Numbered from the stretch's first letter, positions 22,101-34,582 are shown. The stretch: 64,000 nucleotides of DNA from Candidatus Kapaibacterium sp. (GCA_963664875.1 OY761611.1:2144001-2208000), one strand, 5' to 3'. Numbers and translations are program-made. Notes: generated by a model not told the origin, from the sequence alone.

Positions 22101-25100
22101 ACTGACATCTAATCGCACCACTGTAGTATTGAAAAATGCCTATAATCTGGAACAGCTTGCTTAACTTCGTACATCTAATCGCACCACTGTAGTATTGAAA
22201 AATTGAGGCAACTGAATTAACGGACGACGGGACAAGTCATCTAATCGCACCACTGTAGTATTGAAAAATTGCAATATCAGATGTAACAGGCTTGCAGGGC
22301 GAGCCATCTAATCGCACCACTGTAGTATTGAAAAAAAATTCAAAACCTGAGCCGCCTCCGCCGCCCATTGCATCTAATCGCACCACTGTAGTATTGAAAA
22401 AAAGATAACATTAGTCATTTTTTTCATTTTAGAACTCCATCTAATCGCACCACTGTAGTATTGAAAACCAGCAGCAGCACTAACAATTCCAATCGGTTCG
22501 CAAGGCATCTAATCGCACCACTGTAGTATTGAAAACTTAGCTCTGCATAACTTGCAGCTCTATAACGCATCATCTAATCGCACCACTGTAGTATTGAAAA
22601 CCGCCTGCATTGCGTATCATCTGCCCCCGTGTACGACATCTAATCGCACCACTGTAGTATTGAAAACCGCCTGCATTGCGTATCATCTGCCCCCGTGTAC
22701 GACATCTAATCGCACCACTGTAGTATTGAAAAAAAGTATCAAACAATCCTGAAAACAAAGCTTGTACCATCTAATCGCACCACTGTAGTATTGAAAAAGG
22801 TCTAAATTTGCGTTTTTGGCTCTGATTACGCCACATCTAATCGCACCACTGTAGTATTGAAAAGTAATTTTAGTATTATCACCAGTACCGCCAGCTGTTC
22901 ATCTAATCGCACCACTGTAGTATTGAAAATTATAAGTAGATTTCCCTTGCGTTTCATAAAACAGACATCTAATCGCACCACTGTAGTATTGAAAATAAAT
23001 CCGAATATTTCAAGCCTACAAAGAACGAAAATCATCTAATCGCACCACTGTAGTATTGAAAACAATTAAATACTGATAATTCATTCCGTAAATAAACTTC
23101 ATCTAATCGCACCACTGTAGTATTGAAAATGCAATCCCATTGTAGAAACCACCGCACCAGTCATATCATCTAATCGCACCACTGTAGTATTGAAAATTGC
23201 TTATATGAGTTCCTTTGTAGTAAGTATCTACATCTAATCGCACCACTGTAGTATTGAAAACACTCTTAAAGATGAAGGCAAGGTAGCAATACCTGACATC
23301 TAATCGCACCACTGTAGTATTGAAAATTTTCGGCAACAGCACATACGGCAGAACTATCGTTCATCTAATCGCACCACTGTAGTATTGAAAATTGGATATC
23401 GTTATCAATATCATTCATAAAATCAGCCATCTAATCGCACCACTGTAGTATTGAAAACTAAGCTATCCAATGCCATTGCTTCGGATTCAAATTGCATCTA
23501 ATCGCACCACTGTAGTATTGAAAAAAAGAGTCTTTAAAGGCTACATATAAGCAAATGTTACATCTAATCGCACCACTGTAGTATTGAAAAAAATCAGCTG
23601 GAACCGGAAACTGAACACGCAAAAGCATCTAATCGCACCACTGTAGTATTGAAAACTGTTTATAATCAGCATGTTTTCTAATCTTTGTAAACATCTAATC
23701 GCACCACTGTAGTATTGAAAAAACCCTAAGAACTCCTTAACACCGTTTGCAATGTCCATCTAATCGCACCACTGTAGTATTGAAAACTGCAAATATTATT
23801 GATTACTTGCATCCAAAATCAGTCATCTAATCGCACCACTGTAGTATTGAAAATTTAAGTCAGCACAAATGATGTGTGATAAGCACGTACATCTAATCGC
23901 ACCACTGTAGTATTGAAAATATTCAAGATACAAGAATTATAGGAGCCCGTATATACATCTAATCGCACCACTGTAGTATTGAAAACAGGGTATAGGTGGG
24001 ATTGCTAACAGAATATATCACATCTAATCGCACCACTGTAGTATTGAAAAATTGTTCTTTAATTTTTGTATCTCTTTTAATCGAATCATCTAATCGCACC
24101 ACTGTAGTATTGAAAACACTAATCGGCAGCATAGTATCGACGTCTAACTCACATCTAATCGCACCACTGTAGTATTGAAAATGTTTTAATACTAAAGGGG
24201 GTAATCCATTATTATCTACATCTAATCGCACCACTGTAGTATTGAAAATCCATTATTGCATAATACAAATCTTCTTTGCTCATTCATCTAATCGCACCAC
24301 TGTAGTATTGAAAATGCATTATTTAGAAGTAATCCATGTTCAATATAACCCATCTAATCGCACCACTGTAGTATTGAAAAATTGTAGCTGCTGATGTGAT
24401 TGTGATTGACTGTAAAGCATCTAATCGCACCACTGTAGTATTGAAAAGTTAATGAATTGCCTAAAAGCCTATGCTCTTTATGCATCTAATCGCACCACTG
24501 TAGTATTGAAAAAGTTATACGAATTAGACGTTAATACAATGCTTCATACATCTAATCGCACCACTGTAGTATTGAAAACTCGTTATGAGTGAAACGGTAT
24601 ATGTGCCGGCTGGGCATCTAATCGCACCACTGTAGTATTGAAAAAACAAAAACACGGTTTTGTTCTTCAACAAATTGCACATCTAATCGCACCACTGTAG
24701 TATTGAAAACACCTAACTCGCCCGTGTTGTCATAGACTTGTTTGTCATCTAATCGCACCACTGTAGTATTGAAAAAAAAGTTATTTAGCTCACCGCCTGA
24801 CAAATTGCTACATCTAATCGCACCACTGTAGTATTGAAAAGGATTTGGCACGTACGCAATCAATTCAGATAACGAGGCATCTAATCGCACTACTGTAGTA
24901 TTGAAAAGCGTCTATTTCGTCTCTATGCCTAATTACTTTGTAGTCATCTAATCGCACCACTGTAGTATTGAAAAGCGAAAATCATTAGGCTCTTGAAGCA
25001 ATTTGATTTCACATCTAATCGCACCACTGTAGTATTGAAAAACGCAAAATGAATAACATCAAAGCACAAAGCGAGGGCATCTAATCGCACCACTGTAGTA

Positions 25101-28100
25101 TTGAAAATATAAACTCCAAACGTACTTTGTCAAACTCTTTCACCATCTAATCGCACCACTGTAGTATTGAAAATATAATCTATACGGATACTAATGAGCG
25201 ACGTATTTCATCTAATCGCACCACTGTAGTATTGAAAAGTTCTTTATGAACTATAACTAATTGATTGTTTTCAGCATCTAATCGCACCACTGTAGTATTG
25301 AAAAATTGGTGTTATATAGTAGGGGCGGCTAAGCCCCTATCATCTAATCGCACCACTGTAGTATTGAAAAGACATTGTGATAGGCTTTTTAAATTCTCTG
25401 CATTTCATCTAATCGCACCACTGTAGTATTGAAAAGAATCCCATGTTCGGGCCAATGGATTGTAAACGTTACGCATCTAATCGCACCACTATAGTATTGA
25501 AAACCAACAACAAGTGCATCTATTAAGTCGTTCGCTTCCTCATCTAATCGCACCACTGTAGTATTGAAAATATTCTGAAACATATTTTGCAATTTTTTTT
25601 AGTTTTCATCTAATCGCACCACTGTAGTATTGAAAATAATGAGAATGAAACATATTTTGATGAAGATACTTATGCATCTAATCGCACCACTGTAGTATTG
25701 AAAATTGACAATTTCCCCTGTATAAATAGCAGTTTTAGCCACATCTAATCGCACCACTGTAGTATTGAAAACCATTCAGCACTTTGTTTACATATTCTAA
25801 TTCAATTCATCTAATCGCACCACTGTAGTATTGAAAAGAAACATATAATGCTTTTATAGATTATATATATGCTTCATCTAATCGCACCACTGTAGTATTG
25901 AAAAGCTGATTTCGGAGCCGGCTATTACGTTCCTCGCTCCCATCTAATCGCACCACTGTAGTATTGAAAATTTTCTTTACCGATTCCACAGCTCTCACAC
26001 CCCCACATCTAATCGCACCACTGTAGTATTGAAAATAGCCGTAACAGAGTTAATTGTGGTGCTGTGGTCTCCATCTAATCGCACCACTGTAGTATTGAAA
26101 AAAAAAATGAGCACAAAAGTATTAAATCCAAATATTTCATCTAATCGCACCACTGTAGTATTGAAAATGCCGAGCAATTTATAACATTGACAGCCGACAC
26201 GACATCTAATCGCACCACTGTAGTATTGAAAATTGTGCAATATTCGTATAATAATAATCAGGTTCTTTTCATCTAATCGCACCACTGTAGTATTGAAAAT
26301 GAAACAGTGGTGTTTGAGGATGGTTCAAAACATCATCATCTAATCGCACCACTGTAGTATTGAAAAGATAAACTATAAAATTAGAATAACTACTTGCGTT
26401 CGCCATCTAATCGCACCACTGTAGTATTGAAAATGCACTTGAATTGAGCTGTCTGGGTGCTGATTGGCAGCATCTAATCGCACCACTGTAGTATTGAAAA
26501 CAAAGAACGGCTAAATCATTTAATATGGATTGCACTTCATCTAATCGCACCACTGTAGTATTGAAAACGATTAGCAACTGGTGGCATCGCTACGAGTGAT
26601 ACACATCTAATCGCACCACTGTAGTATTGAAAACATGAAATAATAAAATTGCATGAAAAATATGGCTTCCCATCTAATCGCACCACTGTAGTATTGAAAA
26701 AACGATATGACTTCCTTAAAGGTCAATTTGAGTATTACATCTAATCGCACCACTGTAGTATTGAAAAGTTTTTCAGTCAGTAGGCGGTGCAATCGGTGAA
26801 TTACATCTAATCGCACCACTGTAGTATTGAAAATGACTTCTAAGTTCAATAATCTTCAATGTAACTTTGTCATCTAATCGCACCACTGTAGTATTGAAAA
26901 ATCTATCTATTACATCTAATTGTAACGGATGTACGTGCATCTAATCGCACCACTGTAGTATTGAAAACCGGTTACGAGCTTAACAATTATATTGACTTAA
27001 AGGCATCTAATCGCACCACTGTAGTATTGAAAACCTTCTTGCTCAAATACCTGCTTAACTTCGTAACCGTCATCTAATCGCACCACTGTAGTATTGAAAA
27101 GTCTATTAGTGCCAAGTATTCAGAGTCACCGTACACATCTAATCGCACCACTGTAGTATTGAAAAAAATATCAGCAGGCTCTTTGTAGTCATCAATACCA
27201 AACATCTAATCGCACCACTGTAGTATTGAAAATATTTTTTAATATATGACTTTGCTTTTTGGTATAACACATCTAATCGCACCACTGTAGTATTGAAAAG
27301 TCATTTTCAATAGCCACTATATCCTGAGGTAATTTCATCTAATCGCACCACTGTAGTATTGAAAATTAGGCTGTCCATTAACACCTGAGCCTAAGAGCAA
27401 ACATCTAATCGCACCACTGTAGTATTGAAAATGTTTTTAAATCGAGTGAGTAAGTGAAACGTTCGTATCATCTAATCGCACCACTGTAGTATTGAAAATT
27501 GGAAGTTCAAAGTAAAGAGGTTGAATTTAAATTTCATCTAATCGCACCACTGTAGTATTGAAAATTTTGTAGAGCTGCCTGTATCGCTGTTACTATTCCC
27601 CATCTAATCGCACCACTGTAGTATTGAAAAACGTGCAGGGACTGCCAAACCGTCAAGTTTTGATTTCATCTAATCGCACCACTGTAGTATTGAAAATTAA
27701 TAATCGTTTCTAAATACATGCCATATTCTGCACCATCTAATCGCACCACTGTAGTATTGAAAATAGTATCAATAATACCTAAGACCGAGTCATACATGAC
27801 ATCTAATCGCACCACTGTAGTATTGAAAATATCTACTCATTTTGTAACTCCGATTGCTGTTGTTTGCATCTAATCGCACCACTGTAGTATTGAAAATTTG
27901 CAGGCATAGATATTTAGAGCCGAAAAAATGACATCTAATCGCACCACTGTAGTATTGAAAATTTAGTATATTTCTCTAACTTAACTATTATATCTTTCAT
28001 CTAATCGCACCACTGTAGTATTGAAAATTATCGGGCAGGTCGCCTGTATTTGATTGCCCTAAAACATCTAATCGCACCACTGTAGTATTGAAAACGGAAA

Positions 28101-29056
28101 TTTTATAGTATTGATCCTTTGATTACGTTGTCATCTAATCGCACCACTGTAGTATTGAAAAAAGGCTTGGAACGTGCGAGTATAACGAGATGTTTGGACA
28201 TCTAATCGCACCACTGTAGTATTGAAAATGAAGCAGACAGGCAGGCAGAAGAAGTAATATATACCATCTAATCGCACCACTGTAGTATTGAAAAGCTTGG
28301 AAGTTCGAAGATGCGTCATTATCGAGATGACATCTAATCGCACCACTGTAGTATTGAAAAGTTCCTGCCGTCCCTCCTCCTCGGAAATTTTATAGTACAT
28401 CTAATCGCACCACTGTAGTATTGAAAACCAACACGGAAAAGTCCAAGCTCGTTCGCTACCTGCCATCTAATCGCACCACTGTAGTATTGAAAATTATCAC
28501 TATTGACTGCATTCATAAGCTCTGAATAACATCTAATCGCACCACTGTAGTATTGAAAAACGAGCAGGAACTGCCAAACCGTCAAGTTTTGATTTAGCAT
28601 CTAATCGCACCACTGTAGTATTGAAAACTTCTATATCCTTAATACAATTTTCAACCGAAGCACATCTAATCGCACCACTGTAGTATTGAAAATTTTCTGT
28701 CTTAGCTTCACTTTCTAAGCTCTTGTGAACATCTAATCGCACCACTGTAGTATTGAAAAAAGAAATTTGGTAAAACTACTTTTTTATTGAACTCTCATCT
28801 AATCGCACCACTGTAGTATTGAAAGCTAATTTTTCGGCAATTTCCTGATTCGCTTCAAAAGCATCTAATCGCACCACTGTAGTATTGAAAGTTCATCACG
28901 TATAAGATTTTCAAAATAAATACAAAACATCTAATCGCACCACTGTAGTATTGAAAGGACCGACAACCGGGGTCGGTTTTGTTGTGGTTATATCATCTAA
29001 TCGCACCACTGTAGTATTGAAAGCAGCATTATGCCTTCAAAATTCCCCTCAAGAGG

Positions 29057-30248
29057 CAGGGATGATTTGTTCTTTGTAAATATCATATAATATAGTAAAT
29101 TATAGAAAGCCAAACACAAACTTTTCTAATCTGGGGGGATTTATGGAAAAGCAAACGTTAGTAAATTATCTTGATAAGTTGACAGATAAGCGTCGCAGGG
29201 AAGGCACACGCCATAATCAATCATTTGTATTATTGCTGGTTTTGATGGCGACTATGAGCGGACAATATGGCTATCGTGGCATAGAAAGATTTATAAAGAA
29301 GAATGCCGAAGACATACTGAAATATTTAAAGCCTCATAAAGATAGATTACCAACTTACGCAACAATTTTTAGAGTGGTAAATAATATAGATTTTGATGAA
29401 TTTGCACAGATTTTTAAAGAGTGGTCAAAAGTTTATGCAAAGCCTCAAAGCGGTGAAATAATCAGTATAGATGGCAAAGCTTTGAAAGGCACATTAGTAG
29501 AATACAATTCGAAATACCAGAACTTTATAAGCATTGTTTCTGCACATTCTCAATCAAGTAAAATGTCACTAAGTATAAGCAAATATGAGAATAAAAAATC
29601 AAGCGAGATAAGCGTAGTTGAAGAAATGATTAGAGATTTAGAACTGACTGGCGTAGTCTTTACAATGGATGCTTTACACTGTCAAAAAAACTCTAAGAAC
29701 AATTGTTAGTACTAACAACAACTATATTATTTGCGTAAAAAAGAATCAAGGTCGTTTGTACAAAGAACTGGAGAGTTTGAGTTCGAGCTGGTCAACAAAG
29801 ATCGATTATTATAAAACCGAAGAAACTAATAGAGACAGACGAGAAACTCGTAAAGTATATGTATATTCATTAAACGATAAAATTAAGAACGAGTGGTCCG
29901 GATCACAGCAATTAGTAAAGGTACAAAGGATTAGAAAAACAAAACAAATGCAGGAAGTTCATGTACATTATTATTTGAGCAGTCAAGAAAAACCAGCAAA
30001 GTATTATATGCAGAGCATACGAGGACATTGGGGCATTGAAAACCAGCTACATTGGGTAAAGGATGTGGTAATGAAAGAAGATGCTTGGAAAGTGAGAAAT
30101 ACACAAGCAGCTTCAGTCATGAGTATAATAAAGTCAATTTGTATCAATATTTTTAGGTCAAAGAAGCGTATTGATTGTACCAACTTTTTCTATGAGACTG
30201 CCGACAATGTAGAACTATTGGTGACTTTGTTAGAATGAATCAACCCTG
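29057..30248 (+). mobile_element. ISAs1-family insertion sequence inside a CRISPR spacer
   Basis: Terminal inverted repeats CAGGGATGATT...AATCAACCCTG; transposase motifs IDGKALKG, DALHCQK and HWGIENQLHW. Confidence 0.93.
29143..30238 (+). CDS. ISAs1 transposase split into two ORFs (29143-29709 and 29669-30238)
   Basis: The frame changes at the A7 run (29684-29690) in HCQK; either frameshifted expression or a pseudogene. Confidence 0.8.
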
Positions 30249-32394
30249 CCTCTTGAGGGGTGGCATCTAATCGCACCACTGTAGTATTGAAAGAATAGTT
30301 ACAAAGAGGGTACGGAGGAAAATGAGAGGCATCTAATCGCACCACTGTAGTATTGAAAGTGACTTCGAAGCTCAATAATTTTGAGTGTAACTTTACATCT
30401 AATCGCACCACTGTAGTATTGAAAGAAGCTTTTGATAATATTCTTAGGTCTAAGGTATGGCCATCTAATCGCACCACTGTAGTATTGAAAGTAATACGTG
30501 TATCTGGTAGCGTTCGTTATTGATTTCCATCTAATCGCACCACTGTAGTATTGAAAGGTGCCTGCGTTTCTAACAAGATTCTAAAATTCATTCATCTAAT
30601 CGCACCACTGTAGTATTGAAATACATTACCAAGTAGTGTTACTCGGTTTAGTGATTTTGCATCTAATCGCACCACTGTAGTATTGAAATTTGAATATCGT
30701 TATCAATGTCATTCATAAAGTCAGCCATCTAATCGCACCACTGTAGTATTGAAATCCGATGGCGTGAACTATGCTGCAGCTACTGGAAGCGACATCTAAT
30801 CGCACCACTGTAGTATTGAAATTACATCCTCGCCCGCGGTCTTGAAAGTTGCTGCAAGCATCTAATCGCACCACTGTAGTATTGAAATTACATCTTTTCA
30901 ACTGCAAGCGTTGCAACTGCAATGCATCTAATCGCACCACTGTAGTATTGAAATTAAGGCGGTGTAATATGGCAAGAACAATAATAGTTAACATCTAATC
31001 GCACCACTGTAGTATTGAAATTGGATTAACGGCAGGTCGTCTAAGTTAGATTTTGGTCATCTAATCGCACCACTGTAGTATTGAAATACAGTGAATTATT
31101 AGACAAAAAATACTTAGATAACGCATCTAATCGCACCACTGTAGTATTGAAATCAAGCTCCTAATCTAAATAGAAAGCTTTGGCTTGACATCTAATCGCA
31201 CCACTGTAGTATTGAAATACTAAGTGGCAAATATCACATGATAACTACACACACCATCTAATCGCACCACTGTAGTATTGAAATTATGCTTATAAGTATA
31301 AGACCAATTCTCAAGTATATCATCTAATCGCACCACTGTAGTATTGAAATAAAACTTGTACCACACCCTGTGAGTTGTTCGGTATGCATCTAATCGCACC
31401 ACTGTAGTATTGAAATTGGATTAACGGCAGGTCGTCTAAGTTAGATTTTGGTCATCTAATCGCACCACTGTAGTATTGAAATCTTTTTCCTCTAATAATT
31501 GAACTATCAAAGTGTCTTGCATCTAATCGCACCACTGTAGTATTGAAATTGATTTTATGGTAGGCAGATATTTGTTTATCAGTTCACATCTAATCGCACC
31601 ACTGTAGTATTGAAATAGCTAGCAACTATAAAAACACTTTTGCACAATTTGCCATCTAATCGCACCACTGTAGTATTGAAATGATCATGAAGATATAGCC
31701 GCATATATCGAATACACCCATCTAATCGCACCACTGTAGTATTGAAATTAATCAGCACCAACTGTAAATACTATCTCATTGCCTTCATCTAATCGCACCA
31801 CTGTAGTATTGAAATGACTTGTCTTTATCTATTGATTCAAGTATAAAGCAATCATCTAATCGCACCACTGTAGTATTGAAATTCCAATACACATCGCTGT
31901 TATCAACTTCTTCTTTTAACATCTAATCGCACCACTGTAGTATTGAAATACAAATACGGTCTATTTAGTAGCTGTAAGAGTCGCTGCATCTAATCGCACC
32001 ACTGTAGTATTGAAATTTTCAAGATGTAGATTTAGATACAAAAACTATTTCATCATCTAATCGCACCACTGTAGTATTGAAATTTTTGAGCAAGATTTGT
32101 CCCCATAGAGTTTCATTTTCATCTAATCGCACCACTGTAGTATTGAAATATAGATTTGATTAGTATATTTAACCTTGCTCACTTCCATCTAATCGCACCA
32201 CTGTAGTATTGAAAGGACTGCAATTTTACATTTAGGCTATACGAAACAAAAAGCTCTAATCGCACCACTATAGTATTGAAATCCGAATTTTTCGGCAAGT
32301 TGCTGAGCTTTTCCGCCACATCTAATCGCACCACTGTAGTATTGAAATATAATAGCGATATTAAAAAGAAATCCCCGGATAATGCATCTAATCG

Positions 32395-32570
32395 AATCAA
32401 TCTTGCAGGCGGAATACATGGTAAAAGAAGCTATTGAGCTATATAATACTTATAGACCTCACTTAGCTTTATAGATAATAACTTCAGATTATATATATAA
32501 AATCCCCGATAAAAATTTTACCAGGGATTATTTTGATAATTAAATCTGTCAACTTATTTTAGGACTTTAT
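32395..32570 (+). pseudogene. IS3-family transposase 3' remnant and probable right end
   Basis: Reads MVKEAIELYNTYRPHLAL* (IS3 YNxxRPHxxL motif); followed by TGTCAACTTATTTTAGGAC, which resembles an IS3 end; truncates the last CRISPR repeat. Confidence 0.6.
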
Positions 32571-32574
32571 ATCT

Positions 32575-33870
32575 CTATTCCATGATAAACTTCAATACAA
32601 ATAGTGCTGCAAGGACTATCGTTACCCATGACAAATCTTTGAATTTGCCGGATAAAAGTTTAAGCACGACATAAGAAAGCATACCAAATACTACACCTTC
32701 TGCTATGCTATATGCCAATGGCATCATGATAACAGTTAGGAATACCGGAATTGTTTCTGTGATGTCATCAAAGTTAACTTTCAAAATTGGAGATAGCATA
32801 AATGCACCCACCAAAATAAGTGCCGGTGCGGTAGCCGCCGCAGGAACCATTAGGAAGAGAGGTGCAAGGAACAAAGCAAGGAAAAACATTCCGGCTGTTG
32901 TAAGAGAAGTAAGACCTGTGCGACCTCCTGCAGTTACACCTGATGCTGACTCTACATAAGTAGTTACAGTAGAAGTACCAAGCATAGCACCAACTGTAGT
33001 ACCAACTGCATCGGCAAATAATGCTTGTTTTACTCTTGGTACTCTGCCTTCTGCGTCCAACATATTTGCTTTAGAAGATACACCTACTAAAGTGCCCACA
33101 GTGTCAAACATATCTACAAAAAGGAAAGTAAAAAGAATTACAAGCATATCAATTGTAAATACCTGAGAAAAATCAAATTGAAAAGCTATAGGAGCAATGC
33201 TCGGAGGCATAGAAATTAGTCCACCTTCCGGCAAATGTGTTACATCAAGTGGGATACCAAGCACTGTGGTCGCAAAGATACCGATTAGCAATGCACCTTT
33301 GACATTTTTAGCAAGCAAAACACCACTAAGTATCAAACCAAATAACATAAGCAATACTTTTGTAGAATGAATTTCTCCAAGTCCGACAAGCACTGCATCG
33401 TTATTGACAATAAATCCTGCATTCTGCATACCGATAAAAGCAATGAATAGGCCGATACCGGCAGATATGGCGTGCTTCATATTTATTGGTATTGCATTTA
33501 CAATCAGTTCTCTGATGTTGAAAGCTGTTAATAGAAGGAAGATAATACCTTCCAAAAACACTGCAGTCAACGCAAACTGCCACGAATATCCCATGCCAAG
33601 GCAAACAGTAAATGCAAAAAATGCGTTTAGGCCCATTCCGGGAGCAAGTGCAAATGGCAGCTTTGCAACAAGTGCCATTACCAATGTCGCGATTATAGAA
33701 GCAATCGCTGTGGCTGAGAAGACAGCGTGTTTATCCATACCGGCAGCCGATAATATGTCGGGGTTGACAGCGAGGATATATGCCATAGTCATAAAGGTAG
33801 TAATACCTGCTATAACCTCAGTCTTTATCGTTGTCTTGTTTTCTGATAATTGAAAGAATTTTTCTAACAT
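32575..33870 (-). CDS. NCS2/AzgA family purine (guanine/hypoxanthine) permease
   Basis: TTFMTMAYIL, APGMGLNAFF and TTYVESASGV..GGRTGLT motifs. Confidence 0.93.
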   Translation of the reverse strand: MLEKFFQLSENKTTIKTEVIAGITTFMTMAYILAVNPDILSAAGMDKHAVFSATAIASIIATLVMALVAKLPFALAPGMGLNAFFAFTVCLGMGYSWQFALTAVFLEGIIFLLLTAFNIRELIVNAIPINMKHAISAGIGLFIAFIGMQNAGFIVNNDAVLVGLGEIHSTKVLLMLFGLILSGVLLAKNVKGALLIGIFATTVLGIPLDVTHLPEGGLISMPPSIAPIAFQFDFSQVFTIDMLVILFTFLFVDMFDTVGTLVGVSSKANMLDAEGRVPRVKQALFADAVGTTVGAMLGTSTVTTYVESASGVTAGGRTGLTSLTTAGMFFLALFLAPLFLMVPAAATAPALILVGAFMLSPILKVNFDDITETIPVFLTVIMMPLAYSIAEGVVFGMLSYVVLKLLSGKFKDLSWVTIVLAALFVLKFIME

Positions 33871-33904
33871 GATTCAATATTTTTTATAGTTGACAATACT
33901 CTGT

Positions 33905-34582
33905 TTAGAAAGTCCATCTTACTGCAAGGGTAGGATTGACCATAAAGCCTTTGTGAGCTGCAAAATTGTTGCTCAGTTCTATTTCTGTACCTACCGAAAA
34001 CTGTTTCGTAGGGTTGTACCAAATTTGGGGCTCTGTCAGGAATACATAATCTTCCATACCCGGATTCCCATCCTCGTCAGCAACATAGACTTCCTCTTTC
34101 CAGAAATCAGCAAATCCGGAAAATGTTATCATATTGTCAAAGAAATTCAAAGTCCAAACACCTGTAAGCTGGAACGAAGCATAATCAGTACGCTCTATGT
34201 TTTTGTACATAGCTTGTATAGTGAAAATGCGTGAGAAATCCTGTGAAGCAAAAGTGTAATGAGCACCAAAGAGCCATGCATTGTTAAAATTGATTATACC
34301 GCTGGTACCCCCATTAAATTCGATATGTACTTCTAAAGGTTCATCCCAAAACTTAATACCTCTTGCAATTTCCATATAAGCACCTGAAACACTGCCGTTG
34401 GCAGCATAATCTAAGTCAGTAAAGGTAAAAGTGCTGCCATACTTATCTACTTTGAACATTTCGAATGTAGTAGTATAGTATTCGCGATCTTCGCCAAAAT
34501 CATAGTGAAGCTGTAAATTTTGAGCATTTGCATAGATTGAAATAGCAAACACAGCAATAAGGGTTAAAAGAATCTTTTTCAT
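33905..34582 (-). CDS. DUF5020 / Tsx-like outer-membrane nucleoside channel
   Basis: Signal peptide MKKILL..ANAQNLQLHYDFG; TTFEMFK.D..GSTF.F.D; terminal Phe; adjacent to the purine permease. Confidence 0.8.
   Translation of the reverse strand: MKKILLTLIAVFAISIYANAQNLQLHYDFGEDREYYTTTFEMFKVDKYGSTFTFTDLDYAANGSVSGAYMEIARGIKFWDEPLEVHIEFNGGTSGIINFNNAWLFGAHYTFASQDFSRIFTIQAMYKNIERTDYASFQLTGVWTLNFFDNMITFSGFADFWKEEVYVADEDGNPGMEDYVFLTEPQIWYNPTKQFSVGTEIELSNNFAAHKGFMVNPTLAVRWTF

Larger units (their letters stand above)
13125..32394 (+). CRISPR. very large CRISPR array, 30-nt repeat CATCTAATCGCACCACTGTAGTATTGAAA[T/A/G], about 275 repeats, spacers about 34-39 nt
   Basis: Period of about 66 nt throughout; ATTGAAAN 3' end typical of Cas6-processed I-B repeats. 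Variant repeats at 21250, 24878, 25474 and 32253; last repeat truncated at 32385-32394; IS inserted at 29057-30248. Count is an estimate. Confidence 0.99.

Noticed and set aside
26912-26920. CATCTAAT inside a spacer, matching the start of the repeat
   Set aside because: An 8-nt match in AT-rich sequence with normal spacer length; consistent with chance.
13449-32419. Many short ORFs inside the CRISPR array (FNTTVVRLD, FQYYSGAIR and SNRTTVVLK repeats)
   Set aside because: They are translations of the CRISPR repeat, not genes.
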